64,000 nt of DNA from an uncultured Planctomycetaceae bacterium (GCA_963833985.1 CAWIAD010000002.1:4416001-4480000), one strand, 5' to 3'; counted from the first letter of the stretch, positions 1-10,434 are shown. Notes: generated from the sequence alone by a model not told the origin. Made by a program: numbers and translations.

Positions 1-1123
1 TCGCCGCCCCCGCGCTGATGAGCGCATTGTCGATGGGCACGGCGGAGAGGAAGAGGCGCGTCCCGTTCAGGTAGAAATCGCGGCCGTCGATCCAGAGCTC
101 GCGGAACCCGAATCTCTGGTCGAAGAACGTGTCCCGCACCTGGCCGCGCGCGTCCAGCAGCGACAGGCTCAGGACTTCCTGGTTCTCGGGCGTGTCCAGG
201 TCCCACATCGCTTGCGGGCGGTATCTTGACGGGTACGTGATGCGCCCGTCCTGAAGATCGGCCGCCCCGAATGGATTGCTGGCCAGCTCGATTGTGTCGC
301 TGTGCCGGCCGGCCACGCGAGCGCGCAGCACATACCGCTCACCGGGCTCCAGCCCTTCCAGCCGCGCCGTGACGGTGAGACTCTGGCCGCGAACCGAAGT
401 GTTCACCAGGACCTGCTCGATCCTGGCTTGCCGCGGAGTGGCGACCAGGAAGACGTCGCCGCAGAGGCCGCGCCGGGGAACCGTGCCGCGCACCGATCGG
501 GCGGAAGCCGTATCAAGATACGAGAGCATGACAGCCTTCAAGGGCGCGGCCACGACCAGCAGGCTGAGGACGTGCGTGCGGCCATCCGCAAGGGCCTCAG
601 GCAGCTCCAGCGCGCCGCCAGGGAAGCGGATCTCGCCGGCGGGATGCTCGTCCACGAACACGGCCGCCAGCGAGTTGACCAGCTCCACGGCCAGGCAGAC
701 GCGCCGGCCCTTCCAGGCGTCGGGAATGCGGACCTCGCGCTGGTACCACGCCGCGGAAAGCCCGCGCAGGTCGCGTCCTTTCCACTCCGGGTGCTCGTAC
801 AAGGTCTGGCAATCCTTTTGCAGGTAATCGGTGATGCCTGGCCAGCAGCCCGGAACCTTGAAGTATCCCCAGTGGCCGGCCGGCACTTCCCTTTCCAGAG
901 GCTCCGCGGGCTGCCAGCGCCACAGGCCATTGATGCAGATGCGTTCGCGCGTGGGAGTCGTGTCGTGGTAGGCCCGCTCCAGGTCCCAGACCGCACGCAC
1001 GCCCGTGGGTAAGGCCAGGGCCGTGTCGTCCCCGCGGCCCGGCGCTGGCAGCGCGGTGATCATTGCCACTGCCGCGACGAGGCAGGATCGGACTGGAATG
1101 CAGGATCCGCTCGGCCGTGTCAT
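1..1123 (-). CDS. Secreted GH2-like glycoside hydrolase (runs off the left edge)
   Basis: Manual translation from ATG at 1123: MTRPSGSCIPVRSCLVAAVAMITALPAPGRG (signal-like), ERICINGLWRWQP, then the GH2-type GFRELWIDGRDFYLNGTRLFL; absent from the ORF track because it has no stop in the window. Confidence 0.75.
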   Translation of the reverse strand, partial: MTRPSGSCIPVRSCLVAAVAMITALPAPGRGDDTALALPTGVRAVWDLERAYHDTTPTRERICINGLWRWQPAEPLEREVPAGHWGYFKVPGCWPGITDYLQKDCQTLYEHPEWKGRDLRGLSAAWYQREVRIPDAWKGRRVCLAVELVNSLAAVFVDEHPAGEIRFPGGALELPEALADGRTHVLSLLVVAAPLKAVMLSYLDTASARSVRGTVPRRGLCGDVFLVATPRQARIEQVLVNTSVRGQSLTVTARLEGLEPGERYVLRARVAGRHSDTIELASNPFGAADLQDGRITYPSRYRPQAMWDLDTPENQEVLSLSLLDARGQVRDTFFDQRFGFRELWIDGRDFYLNGTRLFLSAVPIDNALISAGAA

Positions 1124-1164
1124 CTCATCTCTCCGCTGCGCGAGCCGCTTCCAGAGCGCACCGT

Positions 1165-3021
1165 TCATGGGCGCGAGACCTGGGACTTTGCCACCCACCT
1201 CGACAGCGGCCCGAGACTGCGCACCGCCTCATTCTTCGCCCCACTCATGGCCACCGTCAATCGCGTGCTGCGGACCGCGGGCACGCGGACGACCAGGACG
1301 GTCACGTCCGGTTGCTGGCCCTGCGGCCGCCGGGGATTGGCGTTCCGCAGGCTGAAGAGAGCGCCGCGGGGACTGACGATCTGGAGCTCCAGGACCGCCG
1401 AGCCCTGGGTCAGCAGGGCCCGGTCGCGCTGAATATCAACATGAGAGCGCGTGTGCAAACTCCAGTCGATATCGACGGGGCGGTCGGCCTCGACCTCGTC
1501 CTGAACCAGGAAGTGCTTGCGGTCCAGCAGCGCGATCCCGCGCCAGGCCTGGCGCAGGCGCGGGGCGTAAGCCTCTGTCAGATCAACCACCGCCAGGGCG
1601 AGGCGCGCGTCGGAATGGAACGCGAGCAAGGGCGCCCGGGCCTTGGGATTCTGGTTCTCGCCGGCGATCGTCAACGTATTGTGCCCCTCGGTGCGCAGGC
1701 GATAGTAATTCCAGCGCTCCTTGCCGAAGTAACCGGGCAGGTTGTAGTCGTCGCTGCCCAGGTCCACCGCCCAGCGCTGGCCGCCCGCGTCCAGGACGAA
1801 TGTTCCCAGGTCCAGGTGGCTGTGGTTGGCTGCGTTGTCGCCTCCCTTGAAGCCGACGAAGAGGGCGTTCCTGTCGTTCGCGGCCGAGCGGAAGAAGGCG
1901 ACGTCGATACCCCGGAAAACGGCGTCCAGGGGCGGTTGCCGCCCGGGGGTCGGGGCCGGCAAACCGGCCGACCAGAGCAAGTGGAAGATGCCGGGCCGGT
2001 CGCCGATGAGGCGCCTTTCGTGCTCGGCGTAGTCGGGCCGTGCGAAGGCTCGAGCCAGCCAGATCATCTGCGCCGCGGCGCCGGCACCGTCATGGGCGTC
2101 GGCGTAATTGAAGGTGCGGTTGAGCGGGCCGATCGACTGCATCCGGAAGTTCCCGGTCTCGGCGAACCCGGGGCTCTGCTTCAGGCCGAGATCCGTCCCC
2201 AGTGCGGACTCGACGGCGCTCAGGAAGAACACGTTGTATTCGGTGGCGTAGCTCCAGTAGCCCGGCCCTTCCGCCCAGCCGCCGTCGGGAGCGAACGACG
2301 CCATGGCGCGGACAATCGATCGCCGGGCGTGATTGATGACCTGCCGCGCCAGCGCGGGCTCCTTCTCCGCCACGGCCAGCGCGCCCGCGATCAGCCCGCC
2401 GTTGCACACCTGGTTCCAGTTGTGGTTGACCCGCGGCCAGCCGCGGCCCGATTGGTAGACCTCCAGGCCCGGCTTGAGGCCCTTGTCGATGAGGGCGCGG
2501 CGGATTCTCGCGCGATCGTCAATCGACAGCGACGGATACAACCAATCGTAGCCGATCGCCAGCGCATTGGTCATCTCGGCCACGTCCAGGAAGTGCGACG
2601 GGTTCCAGTCGTCGAAGGCCGCGGCCGCGAGCATCTCCCTGAGCGCGCGGTCCGCCTTCCGCCGATCGCCGTCGATACGGTACAGGCCCGCCAGCGTGCT
2701 GATACGCCGCAGGGCCGCACGGCTCTGGTCGAGCAAGCGCGGGCCGATGAGCCGATGCACCACGACCGGCTCGCCCAGCATCGTCTCCGCGTCGCGTTGC
2801 AGCCGGTCATACCAGCGCCGCAGGCGGGCATCGGTCCTGACCTGCTGCCTGAGCACGCCGATCTCGTCATCGAGCACGTAGAGCCGCGGATGGTTCGGGC
2901 GCAGCGTCCGCAATACCTCCGCATCCGTAGCGGGCTTTTCCTCCGCGCGGGCCGGCGCCATAGCCATCACCCGGGAAAGGAGGACGAGAGCCGCCAGGGC
3001 GGCAAACAAGGGGCGTGACAT
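1165..3021 (-). CDS. Heparinase II/III-family polysaccharide lyase, secreted
   Basis: Signal peptide MSRPLFAALAALVLL; HPRL, NHNWNQV, DGGWAEGPGYWSY, NHSHLDLGTF and HNTL motifs. Confidence 0.8.
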   Translation of the reverse strand: MSRPLFAALAALVLLSRVMAMAPARAEEKPATDAEVLRTLRPNHPRLYVLDDEIGVLRQQVRTDARLRRWYDRLQRDAETMLGEPVVVHRLIGPRLLDQSRAALRRISTLAGLYRIDGDRRKADRALREMLAAAAFDDWNPSHFLDVAEMTNALAIGYDWLYPSLSIDDRARIRRALIDKGLKPGLEVYQSGRGWPRVNHNWNQVCNGGLIAGALAVAEKEPALARQVINHARRSIVRAMASFAPDGGWAEGPGYWSYATEYNVFFLSAVESALGTDLGLKQSPGFAETGNFRMQSIGPLNRTFNYADAHDGAGAAAQMIWLARAFARPDYAEHERRLIGDRPGIFHLLWSAGLPAPTPGRQPPLDAVFRGIDVAFFRSAANDRNALFVGFKGGDNAANHSHLDLGTFVLDAGGQRWAVDLGSDDYNLPGYFGKERWNYYRLRTEGHNTLTIAGENQNPKARAPLLAFHSDARLALAVVDLTEAYAPRLRQAWRGIALLDRKHFLVQDEVEADRPVDIDWSLHTRSHVDIQRDRALLTQGSAVLELQIVSPRGALFSLRNANPRRPQGQQPDVTVLVVRVPAVRSTRLTVAMSGAKNEAVRSLGPLSRWVAKSQVSRP

Positions 3022-3169
3022 GGGGTGAGCCTCGGAGGGAGGGATCGGACTATGGCTCGCACACCTTGGTCCTATCACAGAAATGCGGAAGGCTCCAGGG
3101 GGTAGCCATGCCGGCGCAGCCCAAGGACCCTCCCGGGACCGCCTCCCTTTCTCCGTCCTGACCTGCGTC

Positions 3170-3292
3170 CGCTCCCGGGCTCGCAGATGGCCAGGTGCTG
3201 AAGCTTGCTGGTCACCAGCGTCGCTGCCGGGCCGGCGCCTTGAGCCCTCGCAGCAGGAAAATGATCATATCCGTGTCCAGGCTGTAGAGCAC
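3170..3292 (-). pseudogene. vapC: Internally deleted vapC (PIN toxin) remnant
   Basis: Just after the vapB stop: GTG(3292) VLYSLDTDMIIFLLRG...stop at 3212 (PIN N-terminal LDT motif); another frame gives TLVTSKLQHL, like the PIN C-terminal LVTxNxxHF; left boundary approximate. Confidence 0.65.
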
Positions 3293-3297
3293 GACGA

Positions 3298-3519
3298 TCA
3301 ATCCCGTGATTCCAGCCTGGGTTGCACGCGTTCGCCGCTCAAAAACTGGTCGGAAAGTTGCTCGACGCCCTCGAAGAAGATCTCCCAGGGCTCTCTGGTG
3401 ATGACGAGAAAGCCCTCTCCCGTGCGTTTCAAGTAAACCGTGTCCGCGTCGACACGAAACTCCTTGGGCAGCCGGATCGCCTGGCTGCGGCCCGTCCGGA
3501 ACACTCTGGCAACGGCCAT
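3298..3519 (-). CDS. vapB: VapB antitoxin (AbrB/MazE/SpoVT fold)
   Basis: MAVARVFRTGRSQAIRLPKEFR N-terminus. Confidence 0.9.
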   Translation of the reverse strand: MAVARVFRTGRSQAIRLPKEFRVDADTVYLKRTGEGFLVITREPWEIFFEGVEQLSDQFLSGERVQPRLESRD

Positions 3520-3643
3520 GACCGATCTCCTCGGATTTGTGGTACTACCATATGATATACTCGACATCCCGGCCGTGCAAGTGCTCGCTTTGCCGAGTCC
3601 GATGCGAAGGAACAGACACGGTCTATCCGTGCCAGGTCAGCTC

Positions 3644-3729
3644 GTAGGGTGTGTCGAGCGCGGCGACGACGCACCGTTTCACACCGGCTACCCCATCGGT
3701 TCGTCGTCGCTCCGCTTGACACACCCTAC
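3644..3729. repeat. GTAG-type REP doublet (inverted pair)
   Basis: GTAGGGTGTGTCGAGCGCGGCGACGACGCACC...GGTTCGTCGTCGCTCCGCTTGACACACCCTAC: imperfect inverted repeat with GTAG/CTAC termini. Confidence 0.7.
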
Positions 3730-3870
3730 AGGCCGAAAGGCCCAAGAAATGGCGAAAACACGCAGAATCCCGAGTTCAGCCGGCCGATCGGGGGCGTGAT
3801 GCTTGGCGGCCGGAGGACACGTGTCCGATACACCGGGCTCCATGCGGTTTGATGACCTGCGACCGGGTCT

Positions 3871-5238
3871 TCAACAGAGTGCTGCCCAGGCTCCGCCGCT
3901 CGCGAACAGTTCGTCGACGGCCGCGTCGAAGACGCCGGCGCGCCGGGCGAAATCCAGGACCGTGAAGCGGTGGCGGATGAAGTAGGCTTGCTCATAACTT
4001 GAGCGCAGGCGGGCACGCGGGATGCCGATCGACTCAGGCTCGGTCGGGCAGCCCGCCTGTGCGAGCAGCGATCCGGCATTCCGGAATGGCCGCAGATGCT
4101 CGATGAGCCGCTCGCGCAGCAGCGGCCAGCCGGCGCGAAGGCGTTCGAGCTGGGCACGCAGGGCGTCCGCGGGTGGGTGCTTGGCGCGGGTTTCCAGCGC
4201 AGCCTTGTCCGCAAGTTCCCCGGGTCCAAAGTGCGCCGAGATCTGCTTCAGAAATCGTTCCAGGGGCGGCCAGGCCGAGACTGCCGCATCGATATCAAGG
4301 TGACCGAAGTCCTGACGGAGCAGGACCTCGTAGAGTGCCAGCGACGCCAGCGTGCCAATGCCCACCTTGAAGCCGTGGCTGGGCGTGGCTCCCTGGTGCC
4401 TGTGGTGCTGCATGTCCCAGAGGTGGCTGAACTGGTGCTCGGCACCCGACGCGGGGCGGCTCGATCGGGCGGCCTGCATGGCGAAGCCGCTCATGAGCAG
4501 GCCGACGGTGAGCCGGCGGAGGGCGTCCGGGTCGCCGCGCGCGATATTGCCCGGTGCGGCGATCCCGTGTGGAAGCAAGTCCTGTACGGTGCTCCAGGCG
4601 TCCGGCAGGATCGGCTCTTCGCCCAGGGCGTCCGCAAGGATCCAGTCCGCGCCGGCGACGCTCTTGGCAAGGAGGTCGGCGTAGCCCGATGCGTTCATTC
4701 CCGGCGGTGCCTGAGCGATCACCTCCAGGTCCGCCAGCACGGCGCGGGGGGCGGGGCAATCGAAGGTCTGCTTCGATCCGCGATCGGTGATCGATGCCCC
4801 GAACGCCGTGTAGCCGTCCATCGAGGCCGCGGTCGCGACCACCATGTAGGGCCGTCCCAGGCGGTGCGCGGCGAGCTTCGCAAGGTCGTTGATCGTCCCG
4901 GAACCGACGGCCACGGGGGTGGCCCCTGTCATGGCGAGGGCCGATTGCAGCCGCTCAACCCGTGCGAGGTCCGCCGTCACCTGGGGATCAAAGAGGAATG
5001 GCGGCTCGCAGGCAATGCCCGCGCGCTGCAACGACGCCAGGACGTCGTGTCCCGCCGCTTCCAGGGTTCGCTCATCGGCGACGATCCTGGCGGGGCCGTC
5101 TCCCAGCGCCCGAACGAAGAGGCGGGCCGTCTCATGGCGGGCGCCTGGCTGGACGATCAGGAAGCGGGTGTCGCGTGCGGCTTGCAGCGACCTGTCCAGA
5201 AGGGCTTGTGCCGGCACGGGCTGAAGAGAATCGGACAA
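3871..5238 (-). CDS. sn-glycerol-1-phosphate dehydrogenase-like (AraM/EgsA family); start uncertain
   Basis: VAVGSGTINDLAK, TAASMDGY, SRPASGAEHQFSHLWDM and HGFKVGIG metal-binding motifs. Confidence 0.8.
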   Translation of the reverse strand: MSDSLQPVPAQALLDRSLQAARDTRFLIVQPGARHETARLFVRALGDGPARIVADERTLEAAGHDVLASLQRAGIACEPPFLFDPQVTADLARVERLQSALAMTGATPVAVGSGTINDLAKLAAHRLGRPYMVVATAASMDGYTAFGASITDRGSKQTFDCPAPRAVLADLEVIAQAPPGMNASGYADLLAKSVAGADWILADALGEEPILPDAWSTVQDLLPHGIAAPGNIARGDPDALRRLTVGLLMSGFAMQAARSSRPASGAEHQFSHLWDMQHHRHQGATPSHGFKVGIGTLASLALYEVLLRQDFGHLDIDAAVSAWPPLERFLKQISAHFGPGELADKAALETRAKHPPADALRAQLERLRAGWPLLRERLIEHLRPFRNAGSLLAQAGCPTEPESIGIPRARLRSSYEQAYFIRHRFTVLDFARRAGVFDAAVDELFASGGAWAALC

Positions 5239-5272
5239 GGGATCTGGGCTCGCCTGGGTGAGCGGCTCGGAC

Positions 5273-8200
5273 TCAAGAATGAACGCGGCGCAGGTGCGCC
5301 TTGAGGGCATCGAAGTCCACGGGCTTGACAAAGTGGTGCTCGAAGCCCGCATCGCGTGACCGGGCGTGGTCAGCTTCCTGGCCGAAGCCCGAGACGGCGA
5401 TCAACCGCGTTCCTTCAAGCTCCGGCAGCTCGCGGAAGCGGCGGACCACTTCATACCCGCTCATGCCGGGCAGGCCGATGTCGATGAGGACGATCTCGGG
5501 ATGGAACGTCGTGGCGAGCGAGACGCCGGATTCGCCGTCATGCGCCACCGTCACGTCGTATCCACAGGTCGAGAGCAGCTTGCCAATGCCGGTGGCGGCG
5601 TCGGGATTGTCCTCGACGATGAGCACGCGTGTCGGCTGGCCCGTGTCGGCGCCGGACGAAGGTTCCGGATGCGGGACGGCTGGCCTGGCCGATTCTTCGG
5701 AGAGGGGCAGCCGGAGCGTGAACTCGCTTCCCTGACCGGTCCCCGCGCTGGTGGCCTGAACACTGCCGCCGTGCATCTCGGCCAGCGACTTGGCCAGTGT
5801 CAATCCGATCCCCAGGCCCCCCTTCGAGCGGTCGAGCGACTGATCAACCTGGGCGAAAGGCTCGAAGATGCGCGACAGCATCTCGACCGGGATGCCGATG
5901 CCGTTATCGCGGATGCGCACCAGGGCGTGGTCCGCATCGCGCCGCGCGATGACGTCGATGAAGCCGCCCTCGTCGGTGTACTTCGCCGCGTTCGCCAGCA
6001 GGTTGACGAAGATCTGTTCCAGCCGCGTGGGGTCGCCGAAGACGGGGAGAGGATCGGCAGGCAGATCCAGGCTCAAGACGTGCTTCTTGTCGTTGATCGC
6101 CGGCTGCACCGATTCCACGGCGTGAGCCAGAACCGAGGACAGGCTGACGGGTTCCTTGCGAAGCTGGATCTTCCCCCGCGTGATCCTCGAGATTTCCAGC
6201 AGGTCGTCGATGAGGTGCACCAGGTTCGTCACCTGGCGGTCGATCATGTCGCGGGCCCAGTTGACATCCGGGTCGGTCACACCCTTGAGCCGCAGGTACT
6301 GGACCGCGTTGCGAATCGGGGCCAGGGGATTGCGCAGCTCGTGGGCCAGCATGGCGATGAACTCGTTTTTCCGCCGGTCTCTCTCCTGGTGCTGGTTGAG
6401 CAGCCGCATCCGCTCATAGGCCACGGTCACGTAGTTGGTGATCGTCTCCATGAATTCCAGTTCGTCCTCGTCGAAGACGTCGCGGACGCGGCTGCCAAAG
6501 GAGAGCGTGCCGAGAACCTGTTCTTCCGCGAGCAATGGGTTGCAGGCGAAGGCGCGCAGGCCCAGGCTCTTGAACAGGTCGACTCGCGGATCATCGCTAT
6601 GCTGGATGAAGCTGGCCACGAACGGCTGCCGCGAGAGCGCCACGGAGCCGCACACGGCCTGGCCCACATTCACGCGAACCAAGCTCGCCACGGCCTCCGC
6701 CGGCACGCCCGTGGAAAACTGGAGACGCAGTGTGTCGGGCTGCTCGCTGACAAGGTAGTGCAGACAGGTATCGATTCTCAGATGCTTGGAGATGCGCTCG
6801 AACAGGTCCTGGAGCATCGATCCCGGGTTGTGCGTGGACAGGAGCACCCCCGCGGTTTCCCAGAGCAGGCGCAGGCGTTCGTTCTGCTTCCTGAGGGCCT
6901 TGTCCGCCTGGCTGCGCTCGCTGATATCCACGGCCGAGGCGATGAGGTTCTGGATGCCGCCGGTTTCGCCCCGCAATGGGACGAGCATGAAGTCAATGGC
7001 CGTCAGTGCCGTACCGGCCATGTGGACCTCGATCTCGAAGCGGGAAGATTCTCCGCGTCCGGCGGCGTCGATCGCAGCGCGCAGCCGCGCTTGCACCTGG
7101 GGCGAATGGTTGAACCAGTAAGTCTCCCAGAAAGGCTTGCCGCTGACCTCGTCAAGGGTGATGCCGGCCGCATCCAGCGGCGCCTTGTTGGTCTCGATCA
7201 GCGTGCCGTCGGGCCTGAGCACGCCCACAAACGTGAACAGGCTGTCAAGAACGCGGCGGAGATGCCGCTCGCTGGTGAGCAGGGCTTCGGCTGAGCGCCT
7301 CTGGTCGGTGATGTCCTGGAGTGTTCCCACCCATTCCCGAAGTGCGCCGCCGGGCTCGAAGAGCGGGACGCCCCGGACGGCCAGACATCCGAACTCGCCG
7401 TCATGACGGCGGACACGAAACTGCACGGCGAGCGGCTTCAGCTCGCGCAGCGCCTGTTCGCGGGCCGTGCGCAGTATCTCCCGGTCGTCGGGATGCACGA
7501 GCTCTAGCCAGCGATCACCGTTCCCCGGCGCCGGGTCCTTCGCGCCGGTGAACGACTCCAGCCAGGCACCCGACTCGAGCACCTTACCCGTCGGGTCCGC
7601 AATCCAGATGGTCTGTGAAGCGTGGGCGATGAGCGCGCGGTGGCGGTCTTCATTCCGCCGCAGCGCCTGCTCATGGTTCTTGCGCTCGGTGATGTCCGTC
7701 GCCACGCCAATGATCGCGGCCGGCCGGCCGGCCGGACTCCGGCTGAAGACCGCGTCGCGGCTGCGGAGCCAGCGCCAGGTTCCATCCTTGTGCCTTACCC
7801 TGTAATCGAACTCCAGGACGTCGTCGTCGCGGGCCTGCTCGAACCGGGTCAGGTAATCGTCAAAGCGCCCCTGGTCATCAGGATGCATGAGCGCGGGCAG
7901 CAGCCCGGAACCCAGCGCGGGCAGCTCTTCCTGCAAGTATCCGATATAGTCGGCCGCCTTCTTGTTGCCGTACAGGTTGCCGCGGGTCGCGAGATCGAGC
8001 ACGTAGATGAAGCTGGGCACCAGCGCGAAGGCCTTCTCCAGCAGCCGGACCTGCACCTGCTGCTCCTGCGTACCGATCGCCTGCGCGGCAGTCCCGGTGG
8101 GGTTTGCGGCGCACTCCTCAGCGCAGACCGCGAAGTAACCGACGGGTTGGTTGTCCTCAGCCTGAAGCGGAGCGAACCGGCCGCGAAACGAGCCGTAAAC

Positions 8201-8548
8201 ACCATCACTCCGTCTCAGCCTGAATGACAGCTCGACCGGCTCGCACTTCCGGACGGCCTGCTGCCAGCACTCCAGGACCGCCGGCAAATCGACCGGGTGA
8301 AACGACTGCAACCAGCCGCACTCATCCAGTCCGGCACTCCCGGTGTATTGCCGCCATGTCCGGTTCTGATAGCTCGAGCGCAGATCGGCCGATGCAATCC
8401 AGACAACATCGCTTGCAAGTTCGGCCAGGGCGAGAAACGAGGCATCGATCGCCGCGCGGGCAGGGAGTACGTCAGTCTCGTGACCTCTGAGATCACTCGC
8501 CATGTTGAAACTCAGGTAGACCTCTGGGGAAGCCGCGCTCCTGAGCAC
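5273..8548 (-). CDS. Multi-PAS/GAF hybrid sensor histidine kinase
   Basis: Four PAS/PAC repeats, GAF, LAHELRNPL H-box, NLLANAAKYT, GLGIGL, C-terminal receiver (DIGLPGMSG). Confidence 0.92.
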   Translation of the reverse strand: MLRSAASPEVYLSFNMASDLRGHETDVLPARAAIDASFLALAELASDVVWIASADLRSSYQNRTWRQYTGSAGLDECGWLQSFHPVDLPAVLECWQQAVRKCEPVELSFRLRRSDGVYGSFRGRFAPLQAEDNQPVGYFAVCAEECAANPTGTAAQAIGTQEQQVQVRLLEKAFALVPSFIYVLDLATRGNLYGNKKAADYIGYLQEELPALGSGLLPALMHPDDQGRFDDYLTRFEQARDDDVLEFDYRVRHKDGTWRWLRSRDAVFSRSPAGRPAAIIGVATDITERKNHEQALRRNEDRHRALIAHASQTIWIADPTGKVLESGAWLESFTGAKDPAPGNGDRWLELVHPDDREILRTAREQALRELKPLAVQFRVRRHDGEFGCLAVRGVPLFEPGGALREWVGTLQDITDQRRSAEALLTSERHLRRVLDSLFTFVGVLRPDGTLIETNKAPLDAAGITLDEVSGKPFWETYWFNHSPQVQARLRAAIDAAGRGESSRFEIEVHMAGTALTAIDFMLVPLRGETGGIQNLIASAVDISERSQADKALRKQNERLRLLWETAGVLLSTHNPGSMLQDLFERISKHLRIDTCLHYLVSEQPDTLRLQFSTGVPAEAVASLVRVNVGQAVCGSVALSRQPFVASFIQHSDDPRVDLFKSLGLRAFACNPLLAEEQVLGTLSFGSRVRDVFDEDELEFMETITNYVTVAYERMRLLNQHQERDRRKNEFIAMLAHELRNPLAPIRNAVQYLRLKGVTDPDVNWARDMIDRQVTNLVHLIDDLLEISRITRGKIQLRKEPVSLSSVLAHAVESVQPAINDKKHVLSLDLPADPLPVFGDPTRLEQIFVNLLANAAKYTDEGGFIDVIARRDADHALVRIRDNGIGIPVEMLSRIFEPFAQVDQSLDRSKGGLGIGLTLAKSLAEMHGGSVQATSAGTGQGSEFTLRLPLSEESARPAVPHPEPSSGADTGQPTRVLIVEDNPDAATGIGKLLSTCGYDVTVAHDGESGVSLATTFHPEIVLIDIGLPGMSGYEVVRRFRELPELEGTRLIAVSGFGQEADHARSRDAGFEHHFVKPVDFDALKAHLRRVHS

Positions 8549-8991
8549 TCTCTGAGCCCGAGATGGCTACGTGGCAACAGCGCTGGGTCTCTTACCCAGG
8601 GAAGTGATCGCACCTCAGGAGAGCCGTTCGCTTGAGTCTCTCTCTCTCGCAGGCTCCGGATTCCTGGTGATCAGAGCGACGAAGGGCACAGCAGGAATTC
8701 CGCCGTCACCTCAAATACGAGGAGGTTGCCGCGCTCGCCCCGGGCAAGGCGCCGATATCAAGGAGGAGCGGTAAGCATGAGAGTTCAAGCTAACATCTCG
8801 CCTCCCGGCAGTCAACGCGCGGGCTGCGAGAACCCAGGCGGCCTCGACCGGCTCGAACCGAGGCTGGGGTGACCGCTCCCAGGTGCATGCCGGACAGGCG
8901 GCAGTGGAAGCATGAGTAGTTTAGGAGAAATAGAGAATCTCAGCGTTGCAGTTTTCGACTGTATCGGACACAATCGAGGTCGCCTGGAGAG

Positions 8992-10434
8992 TTGGAGATC
9001 CTGAGTTCGAACGCGATGAGGCTGACCAGGCCGCTGGGATACCAGTTTGGGATCACAGCCCGAAGTTTTGCACAAGGAACCAGCATGAGATCAGCGTGCT
9101 CCGGTCGGCCTGCCCTCCCGTACCTGGAACTCCAGGGCCAGATCATGCGTTTGCGGATGCTGGATTCGTGCACGAACCTGGTTTGCCTGGTGCGCGAGTA
9201 TCTCTGTCTGACGCTGATCATCGGTGGCACCGTGGCCTGGGCGGAGGCCCGGACGCGGTGGGGAAGCTCGCCGCTCTGGAACATCCCGGTGTTCCTGTTG
9301 GCGATCGTGCTCATCGGCGCGGTCCAGCATCGTCTGGCCGGGCTCGGACACGAGGCGTCGCACTACACGTTCATGAAGCACCGCTTCCTCAATGATTTTC
9401 TGCCTGACCTCTTCTGCATGTTCCCGCTGATCACCACGGTGCACTTCTATCGCGTCTTCCACATGGCCCACCACCAGTTCACGAACGATCCGCGGCACGA
9501 TCCGGATCTCCTGAACCTGGGACACGGGAAGCGGGCGTTCGAGTTTCCGATGACGCGGCGCCAGTTCATCGCCCTGATCTACTTCTGCGTAATCACGGCA
9601 CCGGTCCGGTTTATTCGCTTCCAGCTTGCCTACATCACCGTGAACTCGCTCGGCAAGGGGCGCAGCGCGTATCTGGGAACCGAGACCACGGAGCGATTCG
9701 CCGAACTTTATCTTCCTCGCCTGGGGACGGTTTTGGGAGTTGCCTATATCCTCGCCCTGGGCTGCACCGTGCACGTGCTGAGGACGACCGGCGCAACGTC
9801 CTGGATCGTTCCGGCTGGCCTTGCCGGCATGGTGATCGCAAGCCTGGCCGCGTTTGCACTTCCAGACTGGGCCGTCTACCGCTCGCCGTTCCGCCACGCG
9901 TATTCATCCCGCTTCGCCTCGGTGGCGCGGCTCTTTTACTACAGCCTGGTCGTCATGGCACTGGCCGGCGTCCAGTGGCTCACCGGGCTCGACTCCACCT
10001 TCTACCTGATGGTCCTCTGGTTCGTGCCCATTTTCACCACGTTTCCGTTCTTCATGCTGCTGCGCGACGTGTACCAGCACTCCAATGCCGATTCAGGCCA
10101 GCTGACCAATTCACGCGTCTTTTTCACCGATCCGTTCACGCGCTGGGCCGTCTTCGTCTACGGACAGGACATGCACATTCCCCACCACCTCTTTCCCGCC
10201 ATTCCTCACTACCGTCTCGGCGTGCTGCACGAGCTGTTGAAACGGTCGAGCGCCGCGTACGGCAGCCAGGTTGTGGAGTGCCACGGCACGTTTGGCGATC
10301 GGCTTGGCAGGGTGACCATCCTGGACGAGATGACGCGGAGGCCGAGCGCGGCGCGGCAGGCCGGCGGCCCCGACCCGGAGTGTGCGGGGAGCCGCGCGAT
10401 GGCCGCATCCGGCACGGGCTCAACCGGTCAGTGA
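8992..10434 (+). CDS. Membrane fatty-acid desaturase family protein (start uncertain)
   Basis: His boxes HEASH, HMAHH and HIPHH; several TM segments. Confidence 0.88.
   Translation: MEILSSNAMRLTRPLGYQFGITARSFAQGTSMRSACSGRPALPYLELQGQIMRLRMLDSCTNLVCLVREYLCLTLIIGGTVAWAEARTRWGSSPLWNIPVFLLAIVLIGAVQHRLAGLGHEASHYTFMKHRFLNDFLPDLFCMFPLITTVHFYRVFHMAHHQFTNDPRHDPDLLNLGHGKRAFEFPMTRRQFIALIYFCVITAPVRFIRFQLAYITVNSLGKGRSAYLGTETTERFAELYLPRLGTVLGVAYILALGCTVHVLRTTGATSWIVPAGLAGMVIASLAAFALPDWAVYRSPFRHAYSSRFASVARLFYYSLVVMALAGVQWLTGLDSTFYLMVLWFVPIFTTFPFFMLLRDVYQHSNADSGQLTNSRVFFTDPFTRWAVFVYGQDMHIPHHLFPAIPHYRLGVLHELLKRSSAAYGSQVVECHGTFGDRLGRVTILDEMTRRPSAARQAGGPDPECAGSRAMAASGTGSTGQ

Noticed and set aside
1063..3018. 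Long antisense ORFs (also 5366-7294, 11366-13441, 13579-15675, 50813-52618, 56776-58944)
   Set aside because: Shadow frames opposite well-supported genes in high-GC DNA, with no recognisable motifs.
3727..3800. c-di-GMP riboswitch near GGCCGAAAGGCC
   Set aside because: Only an isolated GAAA hairpin; the two-stem GEMM architecture cannot be built.
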